Assembly (NCBI RefSeq): GCF_009914755.1
Contig: NC_060936.1
Direction: 5' to 3' (one strand)
Origin: the human T2T-CHM13v2.0 reference genome, Homo sapiens
DNA length: 64,000 nt
Part shown: piece after piece, positions 1 through 12,800 of the stretch
How the letters are laid out: each line of letters starts with the position of its first letter
Position numbering within the stretch: the stretch's first letter is position 1
Notes under the pieces: generated by a model
Told to the model about the DNA's origin: nothing
Databases searched by the model: none
What the model saw: the letters and a program-made list of their open reading frames with translations, nothing else
Position numbers and translations under genes: made by a program

Positions 1-194
1 ATACCTGCTGTAGTTCCACGTTACATAAACAGACCCCTAAAGAAGTTAATTTGCATATACACATGCTTGCTTAGCTGGTTTTAGTGTCAAAGTCTTCAGA
101 AGTTTTCAACTCTGTGAAATCTAATATTGCTAAGGAAAATGAACTATCTTTGAGTCAATCAATTATAACAATAGTGAAGAAATTAGAAGAAGTA

Positions 195-460
195 TAGTGA
201 GGTGAATAAGAAAACAGGCTCTGCATTTAGAATGCTTAAATTAATAGACTAGCTCCACCAGTTTCTACCTGTGAGCCACTGAGCATATTAACGCAATATT
301 CTGTGTTTCAACTTCCTTATGTATAAAATGGAGAGAGGAGACATCATACTTATGATATGAAGTATCATAAAATTCTTAAGAGGATCAAATTAGTTAACAT
401 GTATAAAGCACTTATCATAGTGCCTGGCACAGAATAGGTGGCTCAATAAATGTGAGCTTT
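195..460 (+). mobile_element. MIR SINE
   Basis: MIR core and 3' motifs: 'ttccttatgtataaaatgg' and 'taaagcacttatcatagtgcctggcacagaatagg...ctcaataaatg'. Confidence 0.8.
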
Positions 461-660
461 TAAAAAAACTGTTGTTGTTGCTGTTGCTATTGTTAGAGGA
501 AATAGGTGGAAAATGTATCATTCTTAACTTGAAAATGTTTTAAACCAACTATATTGAGGTACACTTTGCATATAACAAAATGTACAAGTTTTAAGTGTAT
601 AATTCATTGATGAATGTATACAGCTATATAACCAGTATTCCAATCAATACATAATTTCCA

Positions 661-952
661 CCAGGCATGGCTTATGCCTGTAATCATAGCGATTTGGGAG
701 GCCAAGATGAGGATTGTGTCAGGCCAGGAGTTCAAGACCAGCCTGGGCAACATAGTGAGACCTTGTCTCTAAAAAAAAAGAAAAAAAAAATTAGCCAGGC
801 AAGATAAGTCACATGATGTAGGAGTTCCAGCTACTCAGGAGGCTGAGGCAGGAGGATTGCTTGAGCCCAGGAGTTTAAGGCTGCAGTAAGCTATGATTGT
901 GCTGCTGCACTACAGCCTGGGTGAGAGAAGAGAGCAAGACCTTATCTCTAAA
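661..952 (+). mobile_element. AluJ
   Basis: Dimeric Alu with J-type right arm 'gagcccaggagtttaaggctgcagtaagctatgattg'. Confidence 0.9.
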
Positions 953-2050
953 GTAAGATATATATATATATTCCATTATCCCAGAACATCCCCTAATGTG
1001 CTTTGCAATTTTTCACACACCCCACCTACACCCAGGGAAACAGTCTGATTTCTAAAACCATAGCTTTACTTTTGACTATTTTAGAACTTTATATAAATGG
1101 AATCATATAGGATTCACTCTTTTGTGTCTGGCTTTTTTTAGTCACCATGATAATTTTGAAATTCATCTTCAATAGTGAGGTAAATAAGAAAACAGGCTCT
1201 GCATTTAGAATGCCTAAATTAATAGAGTAGCTTTATTGGCACTGGGAGTGGGGCATTGCTGTAAAGATATTATGTAAATCATAGTTCCTTTGTAACAGAA
1301 TATTGCTAAATATTCTATTTTTTAAATATACAACAGTTTGTCCAATAACGTGCTGATGAACATGGAGGTTGTTTTATATAGATTATTCAGGTTTTTGTTA
1401 TTATGAATAAAACTGCTGAAACACTCTTGTATATCTCTTTTTGTGAATATATGTTTTCATTTATTTGGTATAAATGACTAGAAAGGGAATTGCTGGGATA
1501 TAGGTTATATGTATGTTTAAGTTTATAAGAAACTGCAAAGTATTTTCCAAGGTAGCCCCATTTTACACTCCCACCAGTAATGTATGAGAGACCTTTAATC
1601 CAGATCCTCAATAATCGGTGTTGTTATTTTAATTTTAGTCTCGTAATAGTACAATGTGATATCTAATATGGTTTTAATTTGTATTTTCCTAAAAACTAAT
1701 AATGTTGAGTACCTTGTTATGTATATTTTAGAAACTCCTATATTTTCTTTTTTAGATTTCTCTACAAATCTCTTGCACATTTTTTATTGGCTTGTACTTT
1801 AATTACAGAGTTGGATGGGTTATTTATGTACTCTGAATATATAAAGTGAATTATTAACACAGCCTCTTTATTGTCTCAGTGATGTCTCCTTAGAGTTTAA
1901 TTTCGATAGAATATAATTTATATATATATTTTTGTTTTACGGTTAGAGCTTTTTACGTCCTAGGAAATTTTACCTATTGCAACATTGTAAAGATATTCTC
2001 CTCTATTTCTTATAGAAACTTTAGTGTTAGCTTTATATTAGGTCTATGAT

Positions 2051-4635
2051 TGATACAATTTGAATTTGTAACTCCATCCAAATCTCATGTTAAATTGTAA
2101 TCCCCAATGTTAGAGGTGATTGGACCATGGGGGTGGACTTTCCCCTTTGGCACTGTTCATGATAGAGTTCTCAAGAGATCTGGTTGTTTAAAAGTGTGTA
2201 GTACCCCCCACAACCCCCCTTGCTCTGGCCATGTAAGATGTGCGTGCTTCTCTTTTGCCTTTTGCCGTAATTGAAAGTTTCTTGAGGCCTCCCCAGAAGC
2301 CATCAGGCTTACTGTACAGCCTGCAGAACCATGAGCCAATTAAACCTCTTTTCTTTATAAATTACCTAGTCTCAAGTATTTCTTCATAGCAGACGAGAAC
2401 TGACTAATACAGAAGATTGGTACTGGGAGTGGGGCATTGCTGTAAAGATACCTGAAAATGTGGAAGCTATTTGGAACTGGGTAATGGTCAGAGGTTGGAA
2501 GTGTGGAGGGCTCAGAAGAAGATAGGAAGATAAGGAAAAGTTTGGAACCTCCTAGAGATTCGTTGTATGGTTGTGACCAAAGTGCAGATGGTGATATGCA
2601 CAGTAAAGTCTAGGCTGAGGAGGTCTCAGATGGAAATGAGGAACTTATTGGGAACTGAATCAAATGTCACTGTTGTTATGCTTTAGCAAGAACTTGGAGG
2701 CATTGTGCTCCTGCCCTAGGGATCTGTGAAACTTTGAACTTGTGAGTGATGATTTAGGGCTTCTTTTTTTCTTTCTTTTTTTTTTTTTTTCTTCAAGACA
2801 GAGTCTTACTCTGTTGCCCAGGCTGGAGTGCAGTGGCATGATCTCAACTCACTACAACCTCTGCCTTCCAGGTTCAAGTGATTCTCATGCTTCAGCCACC
2901 TGAATAGCTGGGATTACAGGCATGCTCTACCATGCCCAGCTAATTTTTTAAAAAGATTTTAGTAGAGATGGGGTTTTGCCATGTTGGACAGGCTGGTCTG
3001 ATTTAGGATTTCTGGCAGAAGAAACTTCTAAGGAGCAAAGCATTCAAGGTATGGCCTTGATGCTTCTAACAGCCTATGCCTATAAGCATGAGCAAATAAA
3101 GGATGTAGGACTGGAACTTATATTTAAAAAGGGAGCAGAGCATAGAAATTTGAAGAATTAGCAGCCTAGCCACGTGGTAGAAAAGGAAAGCCTGTTTTTA
3201 GGGGAGGAATTTGAAAAGGCTGCAGAAATATGCATAGCTGAAAGGAAGGCAAATGCTGATAGCCAAGACAATAGGGAAAATACCTTGAAGTCATTTCAGA
3301 GACCTTCATGGCAGCCTCTCCTATCAGAGGCCTGGTGGCCTAGGATAGAAGAGTGGTTTCATGGGCCAGCCCCAGGACCTTGCCACACTGCACAGCCTAG
3401 GGAAACTGGTCCCCACATCCAGCTTCAGCCATGGCTCAAAGAGGCCAGGTACGGCTTGGGCCACTGCCCCAGAGGGTGGAAGCTGTAAGCCTTGGTTAAG
3501 CATGCAGGTGTGCAGAGTGCAAGACTTGAGGTTTGGGAGCTTCTGCCTGTATTTCAGAGAATGTATGGAAAAGCCTGGATGTCCAGACAGAAGCCTGATA
3601 CAGGGGTGGAGCCTTCACAGAGAACCTCTATTAGAGCAGTGTGGAGTGGAAATGTGGGATTGGGGAGCTCCACACACAGAGTCCCTACTGGGGCACTGCC
3701 TAGTGGAGCTGTGAGAAGACAGCCACTGTCCTCCAGATCCCAGAATGATAGATCCACCAGCAGCTTGCACCCTGTGCCTGGAAAAGCTGCAGGCACTCAA
3801 TGCCAGCACTTGAGAGTAGCCTCAGGGTCTGAGACCTGCAGAGCCATAAGGGCAGAGCTGCCCAAGGCCTTGGGAGCCCACTTGTTACATCAGTGTGCCC
3901 TGACTGTAGAACATATAGTTGAAAGAGATTATTTTGGAGCTTTAGGTTTAATGACTGCCATACTGGGTTTCAGACTTGCATGGGGCCTATAGGTCCTTTC
4001 TGTTGGCTGATTTATCCCTTTTGCAACAGAAGTATTTACCCAATGCTTATACCTCCATTGTATCTTGAAAGTAACTAACTTGTTTTTGATTTTACAGGCT
4101 CATAGACCGAAGGGACTAGCTTTGTTTCAGATGAGACTTTGGACTGTGGACTTTTGAGTTAATTCTGGAATGAGTTAAAATTTTGAGGGACTGTTGGGAA
4201 GACATGATTGTATTTTGCAATGTGAGAGGGACATGAGATTAGGGAGGGGCCAAGAGCAGAATAATATGGTTTGGATATATGTCCCCACCCAAATCTCATG
4301 TTAAATTGTAATAACCAATGTTGGAGGTGAGGCCTGGTGGGGGGTGATAGGATCATGGGGGCAGATTTTCCCCTTTGGTGCTGTTCTTGTGGGATAGTTC
4401 TCATGAGATCTGGTTCTTTAAAAGTTTGTAGCACTCCTCCCTTCTTCCTGCTCTGGCAATGTAAGCTGTGCCTGCTTCCCCTTCACCTTCCACCATGATT
4501 GAAAATTTCCTGAGACCTCCCCAGAAGCTGTCAGCCTTTCTGTACAGCCTGCATAACCAAACCATGAGCCAATTAAACCTCTTTTCTTTATACCAGTCTC
4601 AGATATTTCTTCATAGCAGCATGAGAACTAATGCA
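2051..4635 (+). mobile_element. Full MSTA-type MaLR provirus (LTR 2051-2411, internal 2412-4261, LTR 4262-4635)
   Basis: Two homologous LTRs (first TG...CA) with 'ccaaatctcatgttaaattgtaa' and 'ccatgagccaattaaacctcttttcttta'; MaLR internal peptide remnants (ORFs 2976-3992, 'LAEETSKEQSIQ'); 5-bp TSD atgat/atgtt. Confidence 0.92.
2765..2998 (-). mobile_element. 5'-truncated AluS inside MSTA-int
   Basis: Poly-T then Alu sequence ending at 'caggctggtc'; flanked by TSD tgatttagggcttct / tgatttaggatttct. Confidence 0.9.
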
Positions 4636-5259
4636 ATGTTACATCTTGAATTAATTTTTAGCTGTAGTAGAAATTGAGTTTTGTTGTATTTTTCTATGTA
4701 GTCAGTTTCCCCAACATAATTTGCTGAAAAAATTATTCTGCTTTTGATTACATTGCTACTTTATAGGAAAGATCAGTTGACCATGTAGGTGTGTGTCTAT
4801 TTTTAAACTTGTTATTCCTCTATTTACCTACTTTTCTCTTTGCTACCACATTCTCTTGACAAATGTAGCTTTATATTATGCATTGAAAAGAGGGAGCAGT
4901 TGTTTTGGCCATTCTATCAATTATTTTGAAGGGGCGGGTTAAAAATCTCCACCTATGATTGTGGAGTTTCCTGTTTCTCCCATTAGTTCTGTTCATTTTG
5001 CCTCATATATTTTTAAGCTCTGTAATTAGATGAGTACACACTTAGAATTATGTCTTTCTGACTAGCCAATTATTTTGTCATTACAAAATAACTTTCTATC
5101 TCTGATAATGTTTGTTGTATTGAAACATTCTAGTTGTATTAAATTTTTCAGTCTTAGTGACTGGATGATGTATTTACATTTTTATCCTTTTATATCTGAC
5201 TTGTTTCTGTCTTTATATTTAAAGTATATCTTTTTCAAATAGCATCTGATTGAGCTTAA

Positions 5260-5558
<299 letters not shown>

Positions 5559-6029
5559 AAGCTTAGGATTTTTAAATAGTTTGACAATCACTCAACTACC
5601 TTCGAGGATTTTATTCTAACTCTTCTGATAGGTTTTTTTTTGCTATACCTATGATATCATTTTTAGTGGTTGCTGTAGAGATTATGATATATGTATTTAA
5701 CTTATCAAAGTCTATTTTAATTAACATTACACCACCACATATAAGAACCTCACAACAATATAATTCCAATTATTTTTCTGCTGTCCTTTGTAATGATGTC
5801 ATATGTTTATTTCTACATATGTTATAAACCCCATAATACATTGATGTTAAATTTTTCCTTAAATAATTAACTGACTTTCAAATATTTCTTAAAAGATAAA
5901 ACTGTTTTATATTTACCCACATATTTACTATTTCCTTTGCTCTTCATGGAATGGTGCACTTCAGGTAGTGGTCTGACCTTTTAAAGACATATAGAAGTAT
6001 ACATAGAAATGACGCTCTGCAATAATAAA

Positions 6030-6420
6030 ATGCTATGCAGTTCCCCAAAGTTAAAGCCTCAAACAAAGACTCCAGCTCAAGCAATTTGTTAGGGAAGTGT
6101 TCTCAGGAGAAGGGACGTGATTGAAGCAGGACAGGGTGGGGTGGGGAGAAGCTAAATGAGACTCTGGTTTGAGCTGGAGACTAATTTTAAATCTGATCTC
6201 ACGGGGAACATCTGCAGCACAAATTGTATCACATAGTTCTATACTGAGCAAGGGTGCTTATCTTTTGTACATTGCATGGGTCAATCATTGGTTAAAGACA
6301 ACTCCCCTGCCCCTGGAACAGAGGTGTGCATAGCCTCCTGGGCTAAGTGGTTCCTGTTAGCTGAAGGCTATTCTCTAGTGAAAGGTAGATGTGGTTTGTT
6401 ATCAGTCAGAATCTGACTGG
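6030..6420 (-). mobile_element. ERVL-type LTR (LTR16/LTR33-like)
   Basis: 'ttccccaaag...caaacaaagactccagctcaagcaatttgttagggaagtg' resembles the reverse complement of the LTR16/33 3' end. Confidence 0.55.
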
Positions 6421-6429
6421 GGCACCAAG

Positions 6430-7606
6430 ACATGCGCTATAGGGCTATCCTTTAGGTGTATTACATACCTTAAAATTCACTCACTGTTTATTGATGTGTC
6501 CCCAGTAGGTAGAATATATAAGTTCAGAAATAAAGGGGTGAAAATAGGACTGTCCCCCTTTTATCCTCTCTCCCAGTGAACTACATGGGGAAGTTGTGTT
6601 TCTTGTCCGCAGAAGTTTAGGCTCTGTGTGTCTTGACATCTTGATTAGGAGTGGGAGTGAGGTGCTTCCACCAAGGGATAAAATAAAAGTCTGTATAAAT
6701 TCAAAGCCACACCTGCCATCTGGTCACTTTGTTCCTTGTTCCTGTAAAACAGCAGGCACAGAAAGGACACAAACTGGCAGGTGAAATTGATCCTTATCTT
6801 CCTGAGGTAGCATGACTGCTGCTGTGCGTGGAGGCTGGGTAGAATGTGCCTAATTCAAAGGTGATCCAATGGGGCATTTTTTGATGGCTTTTTGCACTGT
6901 TTTAGTTCCATAATGGCATGTAAAGCAATCATGGTTTGATAAGACCATGATAACCAGAAGTTCAGCCCCCTCAGGGATGAGGATATGGGTCACCTCACTA
7001 AGCAAACCATTAGAAAATAGAATTGCTATCTTAGGGTGATGGAAAGATAGAAGATGAGTATTAATTATGTCATTAAATCAACTGCAGTCATGGAGACACT
7101 ATTAATCCCAATAATATTCCCTTTATAGGTTTTGCCAGGAATTGAAATCATGTTCCCCTGGAGATGCTGTAATTAGTTGGAATGAACTTAATGTGAAAAA
7201 CAGGTGAATTTGAGTGGTGAAAGGGGTGGATCATAACAGTCTCTAGGGTGACTCAGGGAGTCACCCTCTCAGACTACTTTACTTGGCTGGTGCTTGCATC
7301 CCCCAGCTGATGTGTTTGGCTGTCTCTCTTTTCCAAAGAATTGCCCTAGTTTGGTGGGCTGATGGGAGTTGACTCAGAAAGTAGCCTCCACTGGCCCATA
7401 GACAATAACTGACTTAAATAGGGTTCAAAAATCTGATACTTTTGTTTCAAGAGGAAACAACACTGCAGTGAAATTTATGTTTTAGCTCCCTTTTTCTTTC
7501 TGCTCCCTGCATCAGACTAAGACTAGAATTTATAATAACTGAGCCTATATCCACGCATATGAATTCCTACCTCAGGTTCTGCTTCTAGGAAATCTGAGGT
7601 AAGACA
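6430..7606 (+). mobile_element. ERV-L class internal 3' fragment (ERV3-16A3-like) plus LTR16-like 3' LTR (about 7231-7606)
   Basis: dUTPase-like remnant in ORF 6596-6784; polypurine tract 'gagtggtgaaaggggtgga' at about 7212-7230; LTR end 'ctcaggttctgcttctaggaaatctgaggtaagaca'. Confidence 0.7.
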
Positions 7607-7849
7607 GGGTGAAAATCAGCTTCTGTGCTCCACTTATTTCTTTGAGTTTTTGCTTTTGCTTCATTTTTGGCCTCTAGAGATTCTTTAATTTCTCGCCAGC
7701 TGACAAAATATGTTTTGAAAGATTTAAAAATATTTTATTCAGCAGAAGGGTTAGTTTGGGTATCTATTATAGTTCTATAGTTTCCCCATGGAAAATGGGT
7801 CACTTTATCTCTGCTGCTGTTTTATCCAGATCATTTTCTCAGTTATAAT

Positions 7850-8040
7850 CTTTATCAAGCACTTACAATATACCAGGCACTTACTATATATGTTGCTTTA
7901 CAGATAAAGACAATAGGACATAGAGAGTTTAAACAACTAGCCCTGGGTCATGTAGCTAGTAAGTGGTCAAGCTAGTAAGTGGTTAAACCAGGATTCCACT
8001 TAGCAGTGGGGCTTCCAGATTCATGAAACTCTACTGTCTC
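7850..8040 (-). mobile_element. MIR SINE
   Basis: 'tttacagataaagac...agagagtttaaacaactagccctgggtcatgtagctagtaagtgg'. Confidence 0.75.
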
Positions 8041-8683
8041 TAAGTAGGAGATCCCTAGCTAAATTCTTCCATGATTGTTTTACATGGCAGTTTTGTGACT
8101 ACAAAAGGGTTTAGAAAGTGGTTTCCTGTCACCCAACACATGTTTTATAACATGCAGGTCTACATTGAGTTGTATATGGAGGGAGAAAGTTCTGTGAACT
8201 ATCTGGATTTTTTGCTATCCAAATTGTGCCTAACCCAAGGGTTTTCTGCAGCTACTGTGTGGCAATAAATTATACTTTTAGCAGTTTAGATCTGCAATAG
8301 GAGTAAATACTGCATCAGGACAATAATACCACCAAAACAATAATAACTGAAGTTAAAGATTTGTGTTATTTTTTGTACCATTTTGTATTATATTATTATG
8401 AATAAGTTTTTCTTGAAAAACTACTATCTGCCAGTAATTTTCAAATATTATCTGTAAAATATATTACAACTTTTTAAGAAAACATTTTTCAGGCATTGAA
8501 TAAGTATTTGTTAAATGAATGATGAATAAAATGTAAAATCACATTAGTCAATGGGCAATAAACAAATAAATAAATAAATAAAAACAAGGAGTTTAAGCAA
8601 AGTCAGAGCTGCACAAATACATTGGAGAAAGTTCCTCTTACAAGAAAGAAAGATACCCAAGTATTATAGAATTCAGTAATGGA

Positions 8684-11106
8684 GAAGAGACTGTCTTCTC
8701 CTCATTGTGTATTCTTGACACTCTTATCAAAAATCAGATGACCATACATGCATAGTTTACTTACTAGAACAGAGAGCTCAGAAATAAACTATGCATGTAC
8801 AGTCATCTGATTTTATCTGTCTGTTTTTATGTCAGTACCACACTGTTTTGATTACTGTAGCTTCATAATGTAATTTGAAATCAGGAACTATGATGCCTTT
8901 GGCTTTGTTATTGCTAAAAATTATTTTAGCTATTCATATCTTTTGTGGTTTCATATAAATTTTAGGATTGTTGTTTTCTATTTCTGAAAAGAATTCAATT
9001 GAGATTTTTATAGAGATTGCATCAAATCTATATATCACTTTGTGTAGTATATACATTTTAACAATATTAATTCTTTTCATCCATAAACATGGTATGTATT
9101 TCCATTTGTTTGTGTTTGCTTTAATTTCTTTCATCATTGTTTTATACCTTTCAATGCACAAGTTTTTTATCTCTTTGTTTAAGTTTGTTGCTAAGTATTT
9201 TATTATTTTTCATGCTAGTGTAAATGAAAGTGTCTTCTTATTTTCTGTTTTGGAAAATTCAGTTAGCATATAGAAATATAACTGATTTTTGTACATTGAT
9301 TTTTTGTCTTGCAACTTTGCCAAATTTATTAGTTCTAATATTATTAATGAAATCTTCAGGGTTTTCTTGATATAAGATTATACTAACTGCAAACAGAGAT
9401 AATTTTACTTCTTCCTTTCCAATTTAGATGCCTTTTATTTCTTCTTATTGCCTAGTTGGTCTGGCCAGAGCTTCCAGTATTATACTGAATAGAAATAGTG
9501 AGAGTGGGCATTCTCACCTTGTTCCAGATCTTTACAGAAAAGCTCTCAGTTTTTACTATTAAGTATGATGTTGCTGTAAGCTTTTTATACATGGACTTTA
9601 TTGTTTGAGGTAAGTTCCTTCTATACCCAATTTATTGAGATAAATGGTGTTGGAAAAGAATAAAATTAGACCCTTATCTCACATCATACACAAAAATCAA
9701 CTCAAAATGGATTTAAGACCTAAATATTAGACTTGAAACTGTAAAAATCCTAGAAGAAAACATAGAGAAAAAGTTTCTGGTTATTGACCTTGGCAATTAT
9801 TTTTTGGATATAATACCAAAAGCATAGACAAGAAAAGCCAAAATAAAGAAGTTACATTGCATCAAACTAAAAACTTTCTGCACAGCAAAGGAAACAATCA
9901 ATAAAATAAAAAGACAACCTGTGGAATAAGAGAAAATATTTGTAAACCATGTATCTGATAAAGGGCAAATATACAATTTATTAAGGGACCCTTACAACTC
10001 AATAGCAGTAATACAAACAAACCAATTTAATAATTGGAGAATGAACTGAATAGACCTTTCCCCAAAGAAGATATACAAATAGCCAACAGATTTAGAAAAG
10101 AAAATGTTCAACATCATTAATTACCAGGGAAATGCAAATAAAATCCCAATGTGATATAACCTCACACTTTTTAAGATGAATTTTATTTAAAAAAACAAAG
10201 AAAACATATATTTTAAGAGAGCAAAACAAAAGATAACAAAGCCAACAAGGCTGTGGAGAAAAGGGAACTCTAGTACACTGATGGTGAGAATGTAAATTGG
10301 TACAGCTAATATAGAAAACAGCATGGAAGTCTTGAAAAACTAAAAATAGTACTGCCATATAATCTAACAATTCAATTTCTGGGTATATATCCAAAAAGAA
10401 TCTAGAAAAAAGTCAGAATTTCAAGGAGAAATCTGCAATCTCATGTTCATTGCCACATTATTGATAATAGCCAAGACATGGAAGTAACCTAAATGTTCAT
10501 TGACACATGAATGGACAAAGGAAATGTGGTATAGTCCTACAATGTAATTATTGTCTAGCCTTGAAGAGGAAGGAAATTCTGGTATATGCTACACCATGGA
10601 AGAACCTTGAAGACATTAAGTGAAATACGTTAGACAGGAAAACAAATACTACATGATATTAACTACATGATATTACTTATGTGATAAATTTAAACTAGTC
10701 AAGCTTAGAGAAGCAGAGGGTAGAATTGTGGTTTGCAGAGGTTGCAGAGAGGGAAACAGAGAGGTATTACTCAAAAGTATATAGTTTAAGTTATACAAGA
10801 TAAATAAGTCAGAGATCTGCTGTACAGCATAGTGTCTATAGTTAATAATTCTGTATTGTATACTTAAAAATTTGCTAAGGATGTACATCTTATGTTAAAA
10901 GTTCATATCACAAATGACAACAGTAATAAATAACAAAGAAGGAGGAAACTTTTGGAGATAATGGATAGATTTATGGCATACATTGTGGTGATAATTTCAC
11001 AGAGGTATACTATCTCTGAACTCATCAGATTGTATACATTAAATGTGTACAAGCTTCACGGTTCAAAAATTAAATTAAAAAAGAATGTTGAGTATGAAAA
11101 AGAAAA
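8684..11106 (+). mobile_element. 5'-inverted L1MA (antisense about 8684-9639, sense about 9640-11106)
   Basis: ORF2 peptides on the minus strand (ORF 8934-9161 'NKWKYIPCLWMKRINIVKM'), then sense ORF2 end and L1MA 3'UTR 'gagatctgctgtacagcatagtg'; TSD at 8668-8686 and 11107-11125. Confidence 0.88.
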
Positions 11107-11139
11107 AGAATTCAGCAATGGGGAAACAGATTTCTGCAA

Positions 11140-12240
11140 AGTTTCCTAGTATAATCAGACTTTTATTCTCAACATTCTCTTGAAACTGTTCCTTTGAAGG
11201 TTTTTAGTGGGGCCTATGTTACATTATTTAATGTTCCACGTTAAGGCCTCATATTCATCAGTATTATTTCACACAATTGATGATTCCCTCTTTTTGGAAA
11301 TGCTTTTTCTACTTGGTCTCTAGGACACTGCTCTGTTGGTTTATTTCCCACCACCCTCGTCATTCCTCCACAGTTTCCTTTGCTGGGTCTTTCTCAACTT
11401 CCCACCTATATACGTTGAAGTTCCCAGTGCTCATCCTTGCATCCATTCTCTTCTCCTCTTCACTCATTTGATTAGCAATCTTATTCCAGCCCACATACAT
11501 ATGCCCAGCCTGGCTCCCCACTTGCAATTAAGACTCATATAATCAACTACCTACTTAATGTTTCCTCTGGGGTCTCATTGCTACACTTCAGCTCAAGTCT
11601 AGGATATTACAATAGCTTTCTACTTCTACTCTTGTGTCTATTCCCACATGGCAGCCAGAGTGACCATTTAAAATACAAATCAGATCATGTCTCTATTCTG
11701 CTCAAAACTTCCAATTGCTTTACTTATTACTCAGAATAAAAAAAAGAAACCCTTCCCATAGCCATTAAGGTTCTGTGTAATTTGGGTGTTACTCCATCCT
11801 ATGTCCCCACCTCTTTGATCTTAATTCTTTTTTTCACCTGGCTTGCTTTTCTTCAACCATGCTAGCCTTATTGCTAATCTTGGAATATGCTAAACACACT
11901 ATTTCCTCAAAGTCTTTGTTCTTTCTGCTCTCTTTGCTGCAACAGTCTCCCATTATATAGCCATTGACTGCCTGCTGCCTTCCTCTAAGCCTTTGTTGGC
12001 ATCTATATAAAATAGCATGGCCTCTCTATCCCTCTCTGTCTCCCTACCGTGTTTTATTTTTTCTTCTAAGCTTTCCCTACCACATATGTGGTTCCTTGTT
12101 TATTGTCTCTTCCCACTTTCACTCCCTTTGAAAAATGAGCTTTATGAGATCAATGACCTTGTCTTTTTCATTGATGTATCTTCATTGCCTTGACATGGTA
12201 GATGCTTAATAAATATGTATTGAGTCAACAAACACATGAA
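11140..12240 (+). mobile_element. L2 LINE 3' portion
   Basis: 'cacatggcagccagagtgaccatttaaaatacaaatcagatcatgtc' and L2 terminus 'aataaatatgtattgag'. Confidence 0.8.
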
Positions 12241-12579
12241 AGCATTTTCATTATTAAAAAATAACATATTACTAAGATAACATGTTACTTTACAAAGAGC
12301 TTTCATGTAAACTATGTCTAAAAAGCTGCTCAAAATCTATGAACATCTCTTTTATTTTTCCAATTGACTCTGGAAGGTCTGCATTCCTAAGATGCAAAGA
12401 GATGAGGAGGCTCCTCCACTTCTCTCCCTTAGTACCCAGAAGAAGGAGAGAATGAGTGGGAATCACAATATTTTCTTCTGCCCTGCCTGAGGACAATATA
12501 AGTTTTTTATGGTACATAACTATTGGGCATTCAGGGGAGGCCCTTTGAGTGGGTAAGGTGTCTTTTAGGACAAAGCTTA

Positions 12580-12800
12580 GACAAGGCTGCTTTTGCATTT
12601 GCTCTGCCTTTGCCCTGACTGAAATCTGTCCCTCAGTCTGTAACCCAGCGACCTCTTGTTTTTCAATCCATTAAATAGAGCCAATAATACCGTTCCTATA
12701 TTATGATGGTGCTGGGAGGCTTGAGCAATTAGTAAAGGCTTATGAAAAACTCTGACATTCTCAGATGAAAGGCACAAAAGGACCACAGAGTGTTATTATA
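12580..12800 (+). mobile_element. MIR SINE (diverged)
   Basis: Degenerate MIR core and 3' end. Confidence 0.5.

Noticed and set aside
2976-3992. Cluster of 60-166 aa ORFs
   Set aside because: They are fragments of MSTA internal sequence, not a host gene.
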